Below are positions 38,672 through 49,432 of a stretch of 53,879 nucleotides of DNA, in pieces (within the stretch, counting starts at the first letter, position 1; every line of letters begins with the position of its first letter). Made by a program: the position numbers and the translations under genes. The stretch comes from Burkholderiaceae bacterium (GTDB lineage Bacteria; Pseudomonadota; Gammaproteobacteria; Burkholderiales; Burkholderiaceae_F). The DNA lies in contig DATEZE010000224.1 of assembly GCA_035255845.1 (NCBI GenBank), forward strand, positions 1-53,879, in the 5' to 3' direction. The notes beneath the pieces were generated by a model, which was not told where the DNA came from, made no database searches, and saw nothing but the letters and a program-made list of their open reading frames with translations.

Positions 38672-39313
38672 ATGACAGCAAGCGAGCAGGCCATCAACGA
38701 GATCGGCGATCCGATGGTGCGCGAACTGGCGCTACGTGGCCAGGTGCGCGCGTTCCCGAAGAACGCAGTCATCATCAACGAGGGCGATCGCGGCGACAGC
38801 CTGTACGTGATCCTGACCGGGAAGGTGAAGGTCTACGTCTCCGACGACGACGGCCGCGAGATGATTCTCGACACCTACAGCCCCGGGGACTACGTCGGCG
38901 AGATGGCACTCGACGGCCGGCCGCGTTCAGCCTCGGTGATGACGCTGGAGCCGACCACCTGCTCCGTAGTCACACGCGACGAGTTGCGCAACGCCATCAG
39001 TGCCAATCCGGACATCGCGATGGGCCTGATCGCCACGCTCATCGACCGCGCCCGCATAGCCACCGACAACGTCAAGAACCTGGCACTGATGGATGTCTAC
39101 GGCCGGGTCGCCCGACTGCTGTTGTCGCTCGCGAAGGAAGACGGCGGAAAGCTGGTCGTGCCCGAGCGGATGACGCAGCAGGATATCGCCGATCGCGTCG
39201 GCGCTTCGCGCGACATGATCAGTCGCATATTCAAGGACCTGACGATTGGCGGCTACGTGACGATCGAGAACCGGACGATCACGATCCACCGCAAGCCGCC
39301 GGCACGCTGGTAA
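38672..39313 (+). CDS. CRP/FNR-family transcriptional regulator (cNMP-binding domain plus HTH)
   Basis: cNMP-binding beta-roll (VIINEGDRGDSLYVILTGKVKVY...GDYVGEMAL) and a C-terminal HTH (MTQQDIADRVGASRDMISRIFKDL). There is no FNR-type Cys cluster. Alternative ATGs at 38621 and 38642. Confidence 0.85.
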   Translation: MTASEQAINEIGDPMVRELALRGQVRAFPKNAVIINEGDRGDSLYVILTGKVKVYVSDDDGREMILDTYSPGDYVGEMALDGRPRSASVMTLEPTTCSVVTRDELRNAISANPDIAMGLIATLIDRARIATDNVKNLALMDVYGRVARLLLSLAKEDGGKLVVPERMTQQDIADRVGASRDMISRIFKDLTIGGYVTIENRTITIHRKPPARW

Positions 39314-39496
39314 GGCGGCCCGCCGGCGTCCCGTGACCGGCGCGAAGCCCCGGCCGGCAAACCCTGAGCCGCCAGCTGTCGAATATTCCGGATCCGGCGC
39401 GCCCAATACGCGGCTGCTCGGGTCCTGCGCCCCTCCTACAGTGCGTTTATCCGCTGCGGCCTGACGCCGCAGATCCAAGACGCCAGGGAGACCGTT

Positions 39497-39904
39497 ATGT
39501 CCATTCATCGACTGATCGCTGCAGCCATATTGGCCGTCGCCGCCACCGCGGCCGTTGCCGACGAATTCGAATCCGCCTACGACGCCGGCCGTTATGCCGA
39601 GGCCCTCACCCTGCTGGAGGCTCGTGGCCTGGAAGGAGATATCGAGGCGCAGGGCATGGCCGGAATGATCCATCTGATGGGCAGCAGCCTGTACGGCACT
39701 GAAGTGCCGACAGACACCGAGAGCGCGGCCCGTTGGATGCGAACCGCGGCGCTCAATGGCAGCGTCCAGGCGCAGTACATCCTCGCCCAGCTCTATGAAC
39801 AAGGCATCGGGGTCCCGCAGGACTCCGCCCGCGCAGCCGCCTGGCTGGCGCTCATTGCCGGACAGAACCTAGCGTTTTCAATCGCCCAGAACGCGGAACG
39901 GTAA
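39497..39904 (+). CDS. secreted Sel1-repeat (SLR/TPR-like) protein
   Basis: Signal peptide MSIHRLIAAAILAVAATAAVA. Sel1 repeats (AQGMAGMIHLMG, AARWMRTAALNGSVQAQYILAQLYEQGIGVPQDSARAAAWL). Confidence 0.8.
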   Translation: MSIHRLIAAAILAVAATAAVADEFESAYDAGRYAEALTLLEARGLEGDIEAQGMAGMIHLMGSSLYGTEVPTDTESAARWMRTAALNGSVQAQYILAQLYEQGIGVPQDSARAAAWLALIAGQNLAFSIAQNAER

Positions 39905-39953
39905 TCGGTCGCGCCTGACTCGCGCGTCGACCTGCCGATCAATTCTGGAGAGC

Positions 39954-40508
39954 ATGATGACTGACCCGATCACCGTTGTCCCGTATGACGCGGCGTGGCC
40001 CGCCCGCTTCCGCATCGAAAGCCAGCTGATCCGAATCGCCCTCAACGACCTCGAACCGAAAATCGAACATATCGGCAGCACCTCGGTGCCCGGCCTTACA
40101 GCCAAGCCGATCATCGACATCCTGGTCGGCGTGCGCTCGCTCGATGCCTTCGAGCGCCACTGCGATCGACTCACCGTTTACGGCTATGAATACATTCCCG
40201 AATACGAGCGGGTGCTGCCCGACCGGCGCTTCTTCAAGCGTGTCTACCGCGGCGTGCGGACTCACCATGTGCACGTGGTTGAGGTCGACGGCCGCTACTG
40301 GAAGCGCTACCTCCGGTTCCGCGACCATCTGCGTGCCGATGGATTCTTGGCGTCGCGCTATGGCGATCTGAAGCGCCGGCTAGCGTCCCGCTTTCGTTTC
40401 AACCGTGACGCGTACACCAACGGCAAGTCGAGCTTTGTCGAAGCGGTAGTCGCGCTGCCGCGTCCGCAGGCGGCGAGCCTCAGGCCGCAGTTCGCGTTTG
40501 CGGCGTGA
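39954..40508 (+). CDS. GrpB-family (nucleotidyltransferase-fold) protein
   Basis: 184 aa. ITVVPYDAAWPARF...IEHIGSTSVPGLTAKPIIDILVGV...THHVHVVE are characteristic GrpB motifs. Confidence 0.8.
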   Translation: MMTDPITVVPYDAAWPARFRIESQLIRIALNDLEPKIEHIGSTSVPGLTAKPIIDILVGVRSLDAFERHCDRLTVYGYEYIPEYERVLPDRRFFKRVYRGVRTHHVHVVEVDGRYWKRYLRFRDHLRADGFLASRYGDLKRRLASRFRFNRDAYTNGKSSFVEAVVALPRPQAASLRPQFAFAA

Positions 40509-42066
40509 ACGTGGTGCGATAGCGGTCCCGCAGCACGTTCTTCTGGACTTTTCCCATCGTGTTGCGCGGCAGGTCCTCGACCACGAACACGCGCTTCGGC
40601 ACCTTGTAGTTCGCGATCCGGCCCTTAAGCGCGTGGACGATGGTGGCCGCTTCGAGCGTTCCGACGCGCCGCGCGACCACGACCGCAGCGACCGCCTCGC
40701 CAAAGTCCGGATGCGGCAGGCCGATGACCGCGGATTCGACCACGTTCGGCAACTCGTCGATGTAGCCCTCGACCTCCTTCGGATAGACGTTGTATCCACC
40801 GGAGATGATCAAGTCCTTGGAGCGACCGACCAGCGTCAGGTAGTCGTCCGGCACGCCGGCGCCGCCAAAATGGCCGACGTCGCCGGTGCGGAACCAGCCG
40901 TCGCGCGTGAATTCCTCGGCGGTCTTCTCCGGCATGCGCCAGTAGCCGCTGAAGACGTTCGGTCCGCGCACTTCGACCGCGCCGATCTCGCCGGGCGCAC
41001 AGGCTCGGCCGTCGTCACGCACAACTCGCAGCTCGACGCCTGGCAGCGCAACGCCCACCGTGCCGGCAAGGCGTGGTCCGCGCGCAGCGAAATACGGGTT
41101 CGACACGAGCATCACGGTTTCCGACATGCCGTAGCGCTCGAGGATGCGCTGTCCAGTGCGCGCCTCGAAGTCGCGATGCGTGTCCGCCAGCAGTGGCGCC
41201 GAGCCGGAGATGAAGAGCCGCATCCTCGAGCACAGCGCGCGGTCGAGCCGAGCTTCGGCGAGCAACCGCGTGTAGTACGTCGGCACGCCCATGAACACGG
41301 TCGAGCGCGGTAGTCGCTCGAGAACCTGCGCCACGTCGAACTTCGGCAGGAACAGCACGCGCGCTCCGGCGAGCAACGCCGCGTGCGAGGCGACGAAGAG
41401 TCCGTGCACGTGAAACAGCGGCAACGCATGCAACAACACGTCCTGCCGACCCTCGGCGCGCTCGCGCGCAAATCCCCAGAACTCGTCCAGCGTCAGTGCG
41501 TTCGACGCGAGGTTGCGGTGAGTCAGCATCGCTCCCTTGCTGCGTCCGGTGGTGCCGGACGTGTACAGAATCGCGGCCAGATCGTCGGCGGCGCGCAAAC
41601 GAGTCCCGAATCCGTCGGCGTGTGGCGCGGCCGCTTCGAGCAACGAGCCGTCACGGCTTTCCCCCAGCGTGTAGACGTGGCGGATTCCGGCCTTGCGCGC
41701 GAGCGGTTCCAGTTCATCGCGCCGTGCCGGCGTGCAGATCAGCACCGTCGGCTCGGCATCGGCGAGGAAGTATTCGATCTCGGCGCGCTGGTAGGCGGTA
41801 TTGAGCGGCAGATAGACGAGCCCCGCGCGCAGGGTCGCCAGATAAAGCATCAGGCATTCCGGCGACTTCTCCACCTGGACCGCAACGCGCGCTCCCGGCG
41901 CGGGACGCAGCGATACGAGCCAGTTCGCGAGGCGCCCGCTGGCGTGTTGCAGGTCGCGCCAGCTGTAGACAAGGCCGTCGGCCGTCTCAATGCTGCAGGC
42001 TTCGAGGTCCGCCGGAAAGCGGCGCTCGACCAGCGCGTAGAAGTTGGAATTATCGGAGTGGGCCAT
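40480..42066 (-). CDS. AMP-dependent acyl-CoA ligase, malonyl-CoA synthetase (MatB)-like
   Basis: AMP-binding motifs ILYTSGTTGRSKGAMLTHRNL, GYWRMPEKTAEEF and TGDVG. I prefer the ATG at 42066 (MAHSDNSNFYALVERRF). The longer ORF-track form would run across the divergent promoter into the mutase gene. Confidence 0.85.
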   Translation of the reverse strand: MAHSDNSNFYALVERRFPADLEACSIETADGLVYSWRDLQHASGRLANWLVSLRPAPGARVAVQVEKSPECLMLYLATLRAGLVYLPLNTAYQRAEIEYFLADAEPTVLICTPARRDELEPLARKAGIRHVYTLGESRDGSLLEAAAPHADGFGTRLRAADDLAAILYTSGTTGRSKGAMLTHRNLASNALTLDEFWGFARERAEGRQDVLLHALPLFHVHGLFVASHAALLAGARVLFLPKFDVAQVLERLPRSTVFMGVPTYYTRLLAEARLDRALCSRMRLFISGSAPLLADTHRDFEARTGQRILERYGMSETVMLVSNPYFAARGPRLAGTVGVALPGVELRVVRDDGRACAPGEIGAVEVRGPNVFSGYWRMPEKTAEEFTRDGWFRTGDVGHFGGAGVPDDYLTLVGRSKDLIISGGYNVYPKEVEGYIDELPNVVESAVIGLPHPDFGEAVAAVVVARRVGTLEAATIVHALKGRIANYKVPKRVFVVEDLPRNTMGKVQKNVLRDRYRTTFTPQTRTAA

Positions 42067-42283
42067 GATCCGTCCACGGACGGCGTGAGTGTTGAGCGCA
42101 GAAGACGGCAAGAGTACGCGCGCCGCGGCTCGACGAAACGTGACCCGGCCGCCTCCGTCGGTTAGCGCTACGTCGATTCCTTCGTCGCGAATCGCCGCGC
42201 AGCCGGCGGCGTCGCTCCGGAGCCCGGTGTAGGATTTTAGGTGGATGGCCTGACCGCTTCGGCGGGTCCGTGAGGGAAACGAG

Positions 42284-44440
42284 ATGGCAAAGGATGCAAG
42301 CGCCGACCTGGGTGCATGGCGTGCCGCCGCTTCGAAGCAGCTTGACGGTGCGGCGGCGGACACCCTGACCTGGCACACGCCGGACGGGATTGCGGTCAAG
42401 GCGCTCTACACGGCCGCCGACGTTGCCGGTCTGCCGCACGCGGACACGCTCCCCGGCTTCGCCCCATATGTGCGCGGACCGCAGCCGACCATGTACGCGC
42501 AGCGCCCGTGGACCATCCGGCAGTACGCGGGCTTTTCGACGGCGGAGGAGTCGAACGCGTTCTACCGCCGTAACCTCGAAGGCGGCGGCCAGGGCGTCAG
42601 CGTCGCCTTCGACCTCGCGACGCACCGCGGTTACGACTCGGACCACCCGCGCGTCGTCGGCGACGTCGGCAAGGCGGGCGTCGCAGTCGACTCCGTCGAA
42701 GACATGAAGATCCTGTTCGACAGCATTCCGCTCGACCGCGTGTCGGTGTCGATGACGATGAACGGGGCCGTGCTGCCCGTGCTTGCCGGCTACATCGTCG
42801 CCGCCGAGGAGCAGGGCGGCGCCCAGGACAAGCTCGCAGGAACCATACAGAACGACATCCTCAAGGAGTGCATGGTCCGCAACACCTACATCTACCCGCC
42901 GGGACCGTCGATGCGCATCATCGCCGACATCATCGGGTATACGGCGAAGCACATGCCGCGCTTCAACTCGATCTCTATTTCCGGCTATCACATGCAGGAA
43001 GCCGGGGCCACTCAGACTCTCGAGCTCGCGCTGACGCTGGCCGATGGCAAGGAATACGTCCGCACCGCGCTCGCGACCGGAATGGACGTCGACGACTTTG
43101 CGGGACGGCTGTCGTTCTTCTTCGGCATCGGCATGAACTTCTACCTCGAGATCGCCAAGCTGCGCGCTGCGCGCCTGCTGTGGCACAGGATCATGACGGA
43201 GTTCAAGCCTAAAAACCCGAAGTCGGCGATGCTGCGCACGCACTGCCAGACCTCGGGCTGGTCGCTCAGCGAACATGACCCCTACAACAACATCGTGCGC
43301 ACTGCGATCGAGGCCATGGCCGCCGTGTTCGGCGGAACGCAGTCGCTGCACACCAACTCGTTCGACGAGGCGATGGCGCTGCCGACCGACTTCTCGGCGC
43401 GCATCGCGCGCAACACCCAGGTCATCCTGCAGGAAGAGACGAACATCACGCGCGTGATCGATCCCTGGGCGGGGTCGTATCTGATGGAAAGGCTGACGCA
43501 GGACATGGCCGATCAGGCCTGGACGATCATCGAGGAAGTCGAGGCGATGGGCGGGATGACCAAGGCCGTGTCCAGCGGCTGGGCCAAACTTCGGATCGAA
43601 CAGTGCTCGGCCGAGAAGCAGGCGCGCATCGACCGTGGCGATGACGTCATCGTCGGCGTCAACAAGTACCGGCTTACTGAAGAGGAGCCGATCGACATCC
43701 GCGAGATCGACAACGCCGCGGTGCGCGAGGCGCAGCTCCGGCGGCTGAGCGAGCTGCGCGCCCGACGCGACGGCAAGTCGGTCGCCGCTGCCCTCGATGC
43801 GCTGACCGACGCCGCACGCTCAGAGCAGGGCAACCTGCTCGATCTCTCGATCAAGGCGACGCGTGCGCGAGCCACGGTCGGCGAGATCTCGGACGCGCTC
43901 GAGAAGGTCTTCGGCCGTTACCGCGCGAGGACCGAGAGCGTTTCCGGTGTATACGGGGCGATGTTCGAGAGCGACGCACCCTGGCAGGAGCTGAAGGGCG
44001 AGATCGAACGTTTCGCCGCGGACGAGGGGCGCCGGCCGCGGCTGATGGTCGCAAAGCTGGGCCAGGACGGACACGACCGCGGCGCGAAGATCATCGCGAC
44101 CGCCTTCTCCGATCTCGGCTTCGACGTCGACATCGGCCCGCTGTTCCAGACGCCAGAGGAGGCAGCCCGCCAGGCCATCGAGAACGACGTGCACGTGGTC
44201 GGCGTGTCGACGCTGGCGGCAGGTCACAAGACGCTTGTGCCGCAGCTCATTGCGGCGCTGCGCGAACAAGGGGCGGAGGACATCCTCGTCGTCGTGGGCG
44301 GCGTCGTTCCGGCCCAAGACTACGAGTTCCTGCATGCGGCCGGTGCCGCTGCGGTGTTTGGCCCCGGCACGGTCATCACGGAGGCCGCGCAGCAGATCAT
44401 CGCTGCGGTCCGCGCGGTACGCACACGGCTGGCGGCGTGA
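42284..44440 (+). CDS. methylmalonyl-CoA mutase (single-chain, B12-dependent)
   Basis: 718 aa. The TIM-barrel substrate domain ([22 protein letters not shown]) plus a C-terminal B12-binding domain with the DxHxxG motif ([10 protein letters not shown]). Confidence 0.95.
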   Translation: MAKDASADLGAWRAAASKQLDGAAADTLTWHTPDGIAVKALYTAADVAGLPHADTLPGFAPYVRGPQPTMYAQRPWTIRQYAGFSTAEESNAFYRRNLEGGGQGVSVAFDLATHRGYDSDHPRVVGDVGKAGVAVDSVEDMKILFDSIPLDRVSVSMTMNGAVLPVLAGYIVAAEEQGGAQDKLAGTIQNDILKECMVRNTYIYPPGPSMRIIADIIGYTAKHMPRFNSISISGYHMQEAGATQTLELALTLADGKEYVRTALATGMDVDDFAGRLSFFFGIGMNFYLEIAKLRAARLLWHRIMTEFKPKNPKSAMLRTHCQTSGWSLSEHDPYNNIVRTAIEAMAAVFGGTQSLHTNSFDEAMALPTDFSARIARNTQVILQEETNITRVIDPWAGSYLMERLTQDMADQAWTIIEEVEAMGGMTKAVSSGWAKLRIEQCSAEKQARIDRGDDVIVGVNKYRLTEEEPIDIREIDNAAVREAQLRRLSELRARRDGKSVAAALDALTDAARSEQGNLLDLSIKATRARATVGEISDALEKVFGRYRARTESVSGVYGAMFESDAPWQELKGEIERFAADEGRRPRLMVAKLGQDGHDRGAKIIATAFSDLGFDVDIGPLFQTPEEAARQAIENDVHVVGVSTLAAGHKTLVPQLIAALREQGAEDILVVVGGVVPAQDYEFLHAAGAAAVFGPGTVITEAAQQIIAAVRAVRTRLAA

Positions 44441-44535
44441 GGGCGGATGGCACGTCGCACCACGACGGTCGCTGAGTTCTCACCGGTTCAACGTCCCGAG
44501 CGCCGCGGCAGCGCTACCGCCGTCGTGTCACCGGC

Positions 44536-45558
44536 GTGACTGCGAAACACTCTGCTGCGCCGCTGGCGCCCGCCGACCAAACGCTCGTGACCCGCGCGCG
44601 CGCCGGCGAGAGGCGCGCACTCGCAAAGACGATCACGCTCATCGAGTCGACCCGGCGCGATGACCAAACGCGCAGGCAGGCCGTGCTGGAGGCGCTGCTG
44701 CCGCACGCGGTGGCTTCGATCCGCATCGGCATCAGCGGCGCGCCCGGCGTGGGCAAGTCGACCTTCGTCGAATCGTTCGGCCTGCATCTGATCGCGCGCG
44801 GCCATCGCGTCGCGGTGCTGGCGGTGGACCCGTCGAGCAGCGTGACCGGCGGCTCGATCCTCGCCGACAAGACACGGATGGAGGAGCTGTCGCGGTCACC
44901 GGGCGCATTCATCCGCCCCTCGCCCGCCGGCACGTCGCTCGGCGGCGTCGCCGCGAGAACGCGCGAGGCGCTGGCCGTCTGCGAAGCGGCCGGGTTCGAT
45001 GTGATCATCGTCGAGACGGTCGGCGTGGGACAGTCGGAGACCGCGGTCGCGCGCATGACCGACCTGATGGTGCTGTTGCAGCTGCCGAACGCCGGCGACG
45101 AGTGGCAGGCCCTGAAGAAAGGCATCGTCGAGCTCTCCGACATCATCGTCGTCAACAAGAGCGACCTCGACCCGCAGCGCGCCGCACAGGCCGAGCGCAT
45201 GCTGAAGAACACGCTTGCGATCCTGAGACCATCGTCGCCGAACTGGCGGCCACCGGTGCTCGCGTTGTCGGCACTGATCGGTGACGGTATTGCGCGCTTC
45301 TGGAGCGAAGTCGAGCGCTACCGCAGCACGATGCAGGCGAGCGGCGAGTTCGTCGCCCGACGCCGCGCCCAGGCCCAGGATTGGATGTGGCAAGTCATCG
45401 ACGAGCGGCTCCGTGCGGATTTCCGGAGCCACCCGGAAGTCGCTGCCTGGCTGCCGCGCATGGTGACCGCCGTCGCCGCCGGAACGCTGACGCCCTCGAT
45501 GGCCGCCGAGCGGCTGCTCGGGCTGGCGCAGACGACTCGCCCGGCCGGGGACGGCTGA
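44536..45558 (+). CDS. meaB: methylmalonyl-CoA mutase-associated GTPase MeaB (ArgK)
   Basis: P-loop GISGAPGVGKST, VIIVETVGVGQSE and VVNKSDL (NKxD). It sits immediately downstream of the mutase. GTG start. Confidence 0.9.
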   Translation: MTAKHSAAPLAPADQTLVTRARAGERRALAKTITLIESTRRDDQTRRQAVLEALLPHAVASIRIGISGAPGVGKSTFVESFGLHLIARGHRVAVLAVDPSSSVTGGSILADKTRMEELSRSPGAFIRPSPAGTSLGGVAARTREALAVCEAAGFDVIIVETVGVGQSETAVARMTDLMVLLQLPNAGDEWQALKKGIVELSDIIVVNKSDLDPQRAAQAERMLKNTLAILRPSSPNWRPPVLALSALIGDGIARFWSEVERYRSTMQASGEFVARRRAQAQDWMWQVIDERLRADFRSHPEVAAWLPRMVTAVAAGTLTPSMAAERLLGLAQTTRPAGDG

Positions 45559-45747
45559 CCGCGGCCGCAACACGAAGCAAGCGCCGAACCGCGTTGCTGC
45601 CCCGTAAGGGGCGGTCCCGATGAGGGACACGGATCGCCCTAGAATTGCAAGCCCACACGCGCCGCTCGCCCGGCCATCGCAGCCGGGCTGCGCCTGAAGG
45701 CGCGGACCCCGGGCACAGAACCAAGTCGACCATAGGGGAGAGCACGC

Positions 45748-47280
45748 ATGCAAGAAGTCATTGGAAGGCTCGAGGAGATGCGCGAAGCCGCGCGGCTCGG
45801 CGGCGGAATCAAGCGCATCGACGCCCAGCACACCAAGGGCAAGCTGACGGCACGCGAGCGCATCGAGCTGCTGCTTGATCCGGAAAGCTTCGAAGAGTGG
45901 GACATGTTCGTCGAGCATCGCTGCCACGACTTCGGCATGGGCGATCAGAAGATCTCTGGCGACGGCGTCGTGACGGGCTACGGAACGGTCAACGGCCGGC
46001 TCGTGTTCGTCTACAGCCAGGACTTCACTGTCTTCGGCGGCGCGCTGTCGGAAGCGCACGCGGAGAAGATCTGCAAGATCATGGACCATGCGATCAACGT
46101 TGGCGCCCCGGTGATCGGACTCAACGACTCGGGCGGCGCGCGCATCCAGGAGGGTGTCGCGTCGCTGGGCGGCTATGCAGAAGTGTTCCAGCGCAACGTC
46201 CTCGCTTCGGGCGTGATCCCGCAGATCTCGGTCATCATGGGCCCATGCGCTGGCGGCGCGGTCTATTCGCCGGCGATGACCGACTTCATCTTCATGGTGA
46301 AGGACAGCGCCTACATGTTCGTCACGGGACCGGAAGTGGTGAAGACCGTGACCCACGAGGAAGTGACCGCCGAGGACCTCGGCGGCGCAGTCACGCACTC
46401 GACCAAGTCGGGCGTGGCCGATAGGGCATTCGAGAACGATGTCGAGGCGATGCTGATGGTCCGCGCGATCGTCAGCTATCTGCCGGCGAACAACCGTGAA
46501 AAGCCGCCCATCGTGCCCACCGACGACCCGGTCGACCGCATCGACCGGTCGCTCGACACGCTGGTGCCGGACAATCCGAACAAGCCCTATGACATCAAGG
46601 AATTGATCTACAAGGTCGTCGACGAGGGAACATTCTTCGAACTCTCGCCCGATTATGCAAAGAACATCGTGATCGGGTTTGGCCGCATGGACGGCAGCAC
46701 CGTCGGGATCGTCGCCAACCAGCCGCTCGTACTGGCCGGCTGCCTTGACATCAAGTCATCGATCAAGGCCGCGCGCTTCGTCCGCTGCTGCGACAGTTTC
46801 AACATTCCCATCGTCACCTTCGTCGACGTGCCCGGATTCATGCCCGGCACGGCCCAGGAATACGGCGGCATCATCAAGCATGGCGCCAAGCTGCTGTTCG
46901 CCTACGCGGAGTGCACGGTGCCGAAGGTCACCGTCATCACTCGCAAGGCGTACGGTGGAGCCTATGACGTCATGTCGTCCAAGCACCTGCGCGGCGACGT
47001 CAACTTCGCGTGGCCCACTGCGGAGATCGCCGTGATGGGAGCGAAGGGCGCGGTCGAGATCATCTTCCGCAAGGACGCGGGCGACGCGCAAAAGCTTGCG
47101 GCACTGACCGAGGAGTACCGCACCAAGTTCGCCAACCCCTTCATCGCCGGACACCGGGGCTACATCGACGACGTGATCATGCCGCGCGAAACCCGCAAGC
47201 GGATCTGCCGCTCGCTCGCGATGCTGCGCGATAAGAAGCTCGAGAATCCTTGGCGCAAGCACAGCAACATCCCGCTCTGA
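45748..47280 (+). CDS. pccB: propionyl-CoA carboxylase beta subunit (carboxyltransferase)
   Basis: 510 aa. Methylmalonyl-CoA decarboxylase/PccB-type carboxyltransferase sequence throughout ([43 protein letters not shown]). Confidence 0.9.
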   Translation: MQEVIGRLEEMREAARLGGGIKRIDAQHTKGKLTARERIELLLDPESFEEWDMFVEHRCHDFGMGDQKISGDGVVTGYGTVNGRLVFVYSQDFTVFGGALSEAHAEKICKIMDHAINVGAPVIGLNDSGGARIQEGVASLGGYAEVFQRNVLASGVIPQISVIMGPCAGGAVYSPAMTDFIFMVKDSAYMFVTGPEVVKTVTHEEVTAEDLGGAVTHSTKSGVADRAFENDVEAMLMVRAIVSYLPANNREKPPIVPTDDPVDRIDRSLDTLVPDNPNKPYDIKELIYKVVDEGTFFELSPDYAKNIVIGFGRMDGSTVGIVANQPLVLAGCLDIKSSIKAARFVRCCDSFNIPIVTFVDVPGFMPGTAQEYGGIIKHGAKLLFAYAECTVPKVTVITRKAYGGAYDVMSSKHLRGDVNFAWPTAEIAVMGAKGAVEIIFRKDAGDAQKLAALTEEYRTKFANPFIAGHRGYIDDVIMPRETRKRICRSLAMLRDKKLENPWRKHSNIPL

Positions 47281-47308
47281 GCACCGGCCAGCGAACGGAG
47301 GCCGCCAC

Positions 47309-47410
47309 ATGTTCAAGAAGATCCTCATCGCCAACCGGGGCGGCCGAGCAGCCGCAGGCTGCGAGTCTCATCCTGCTGGGCGCGCAGCGGCCGGCGATCG
47401 AGCCGCGAGG
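47309..47410 (+). other. 34-codon upstream ORF mimicking the PccA N-terminus (possible relic start or leader peptide)
   Basis: ATG 47309 is preceded by GGAGG and encodes MFKKILIANRG. It then diverges and stops at TAG 47408-47410, 8 nt before the pccA ATG (MFRKILIANRG). The two 33-nt stretches differ at 8 positions. Confidence 0.3.
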
Positions 47411-47418
47411 TAGCGACG

Positions 47419-49407
47419 ATGTTCCGCAAAATCCTGATTGCCAATCGCGGCGAGATCGCCTGCCGTGTGATCCGCACCGCCCACAGCATGGACATCAAGA
47501 CGGTCGCCGTCTATTCCGAGGCTGACAAGGACGCCCGCCACGTCGAAATGGCCGACGAAGCGGTCCTGATCGGCCCGCCGCCCTCAGCGCAGAGCTACCT
47601 GCAGATCGAGCGCATCGTCAAGGCGTGCAAGGACACCGGCGCGGAGGCCGTGCACCCGGGGTACGGCTTCCTCTCGGAGAACGCCGCGTTCTGCGCCGCG
47701 CTGGAGAAGAAAGGCATCGTCTTCATCGGGCCGAAAGTTCATGCGATCGAGGCGATGGGCGACAAGATCGCGTCGAAGAAGCTGGCGATCGAAGCCAAGG
47801 TCAGTACGATCCCCGGCCACAACCAGGCGGTGACCTCGCCGGAAGAAGCTGTCGAGATCGCCCGCCGGATCGGCTACCCGGTAATGATCAAGGCCTCCGC
47901 CGGCGGCGGCGGCAAGGGATTGCGCGTCGCCTACGACGACACGCAGTGCCGCGAAGGCCTGGCCGCGTGCCGCAACGAGGCAAAGAACGCCTTCGGCGAC
48001 GATCGCGTCTTCATCGAGAAGTTCATCGAGGAGCCGCGCCACATCGAGATCCAGGTGCTCGGTGACGCGCACGGCAACTACGTCTATCTGCACGAGCGCG
48101 AATGCTCGATCCAGCGTCGCCACCAGAAAGTCATCGAAGAGGCGCCCTCGCCTTTCATCGACGAGGCGACGCGCAAGGCCATGGGCGAGCAGGCGGTCCA
48201 GCTCGCCCGCGCGGTCAAGTACCAGTCGGCTGGGACGGTCGAGTTCGTCGTCGGCAAAGACCGGTCGTTCTACTTCCTGGAGATGAACACCCGGCTACAG
48301 GTCGAGCACCCGGTCACCGAGTTCATCACGGGGCTCGACCTCGTCGAGTTGATGATCCGTGTCGCCGCCGGCGAGCGGCTGCAGATCGCGCAAAAAGACG
48401 TCCCGCGCACCGGCTGGGCGATCGAGTGCCGCATCAACGCCGAGGATCCGTTGCGCGGCTTCCTGCCGTCCAGCGGGCGGCTCGTCAAGTTCATCCCGCC
48501 ACCGGAGGTTCCCGGACAGGTGCGCGTCGACACCGGCGTCTACGAGGGCGGCGAAGTGTCGATGTACTACGACTCGATGATCGCCAAGCTGATCTGCCAC
48601 GGCGCAACACGCGACCAGGCGATCACCCGCATGCGCGAGGCGCTGAACGCCTTCGTGATCCGCGGCGTCGCCTCCAACATCGCATTCCAGGCGGCGCTGC
48701 TGCAGCATCCGCGCTTTCTGTCAGGCAACTTCAACACAGGGCTGATCGCCGAGGAGTACCCGAAGGGATTCCGGGCGACGAGCGTCGTGCACGACGATCC
48801 GCTGCTGCTCGCGGCCGTCGCCGCGCTGGCGCGCCGGCGCTTCATCTCCCGCGCCGTGCAGACCACGGGACAACTGCGCGGCCATCAGCGGCACGTGGGC
48901 GAGGACTGGGTCGTGGCCATCGGCTCGCAGCGCTTCCCACTGCGGCTCAGACCCATCCAGGGTGGCTGCCGCATCGAATTCGAAGGCGAAACAAGTGAGC
49001 TGCTCTCGGACTGGAAGCTCGGCGACCTGATCTTTCGCGGCCTGTGGAACGGCCAGGAAGTCTGCCTGCAGATCCAGCGCGTCAGCTGGAGGTACCGGCT
49101 GATCCACTGGGGCACGCAGGTGGACGCCACGGTGCTGACCGCGCGGCAGGCCTACCTGCTGTCGCTGATGCCCGAGAAGCCCGTGCCGGACATGTCGCGC
49201 TTCCTGCTGTCGCCGATGCCCGGCCTGCTGACGGATCTCATTGTCAAGGCCGGCCAGGAGGTGAAGGCCGGCGAGCGGCTCGCGGTGATCGAGGCGATGA
49301 AAATGGAGAACACGCTGCGGGCCGAAGCCGACGGCGTGGTCAAGAAAGTGTTCGCCGCGCGCGGCGACAGCCTCGCGGTCGACCAGCCGATCCTCGAGTT
49401 CGAGTAG
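47419..49407 (+). CDS. pccA: propionyl-CoA (acyl-CoA) carboxylase alpha subunit: biotin carboxylase plus BCCP domain
   Basis: 662 aa. The biotin carboxylase N-terminus MFRKILIANRGEIACRVIRT, the ATP-grasp motif GYPVMIKASAGGGGKG and the C-terminal biotinyl site IEAMKMEN. Confidence 0.9.
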   Translation: MFRKILIANRGEIACRVIRTAHSMDIKTVAVYSEADKDARHVEMADEAVLIGPPPSAQSYLQIERIVKACKDTGAEAVHPGYGFLSENAAFCAALEKKGIVFIGPKVHAIEAMGDKIASKKLAIEAKVSTIPGHNQAVTSPEEAVEIARRIGYPVMIKASAGGGGKGLRVAYDDTQCREGLAACRNEAKNAFGDDRVFIEKFIEEPRHIEIQVLGDAHGNYVYLHERECSIQRRHQKVIEEAPSPFIDEATRKAMGEQAVQLARAVKYQSAGTVEFVVGKDRSFYFLEMNTRLQVEHPVTEFITGLDLVELMIRVAAGERLQIAQKDVPRTGWAIECRINAEDPLRGFLPSSGRLVKFIPPPEVPGQVRVDTGVYEGGEVSMYYDSMIAKLICHGATRDQAITRMREALNAFVIRGVASNIAFQAALLQHPRFLSGNFNTGLIAEEYPKGFRATSVVHDDPLLLAAVAALARRRFISRAVQTTGQLRGHQRHVGEDWVVAIGSQRFPLRLRPIQGGCRIEFEGETSELLSDWKLGDLIFRGLWNGQEVCLQIQRVSWRYRLIHWGTQVDATVLTARQAYLLSLMPEKPVPDMSRFLLSPMPGLLTDLIVKAGQEVKAGERLAVIEAMKMENTLRAEADGVVKKVFAARGDSLAVDQPILEFE

Positions 49408-49432
49408 AGCGTTGGAAAGCGGCGCGGAGCCG

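Noticed and set aside
42067-42399. 111-aa N-terminal extension of the acyl-CoA ligase ORF
   Set aside because: It would cross the divergent promoter region and overlap the mutase start. Homology to AMP-binding enzymes begins at MAHSDNSNFYALVERRF (ATG 42066).
42050-43351. 433-aa ORF antisense to the methylmalonyl-CoA mutase gene
   Set aside because: The mutase on the plus strand is unambiguous, and the antisense product has no motifs.
44896-46398. 500-aa ORF antisense to meaB and pccB
   Set aside because: It spans two genes and their intergenic region on the opposite strand. This is a GC-rich antisense artefact.
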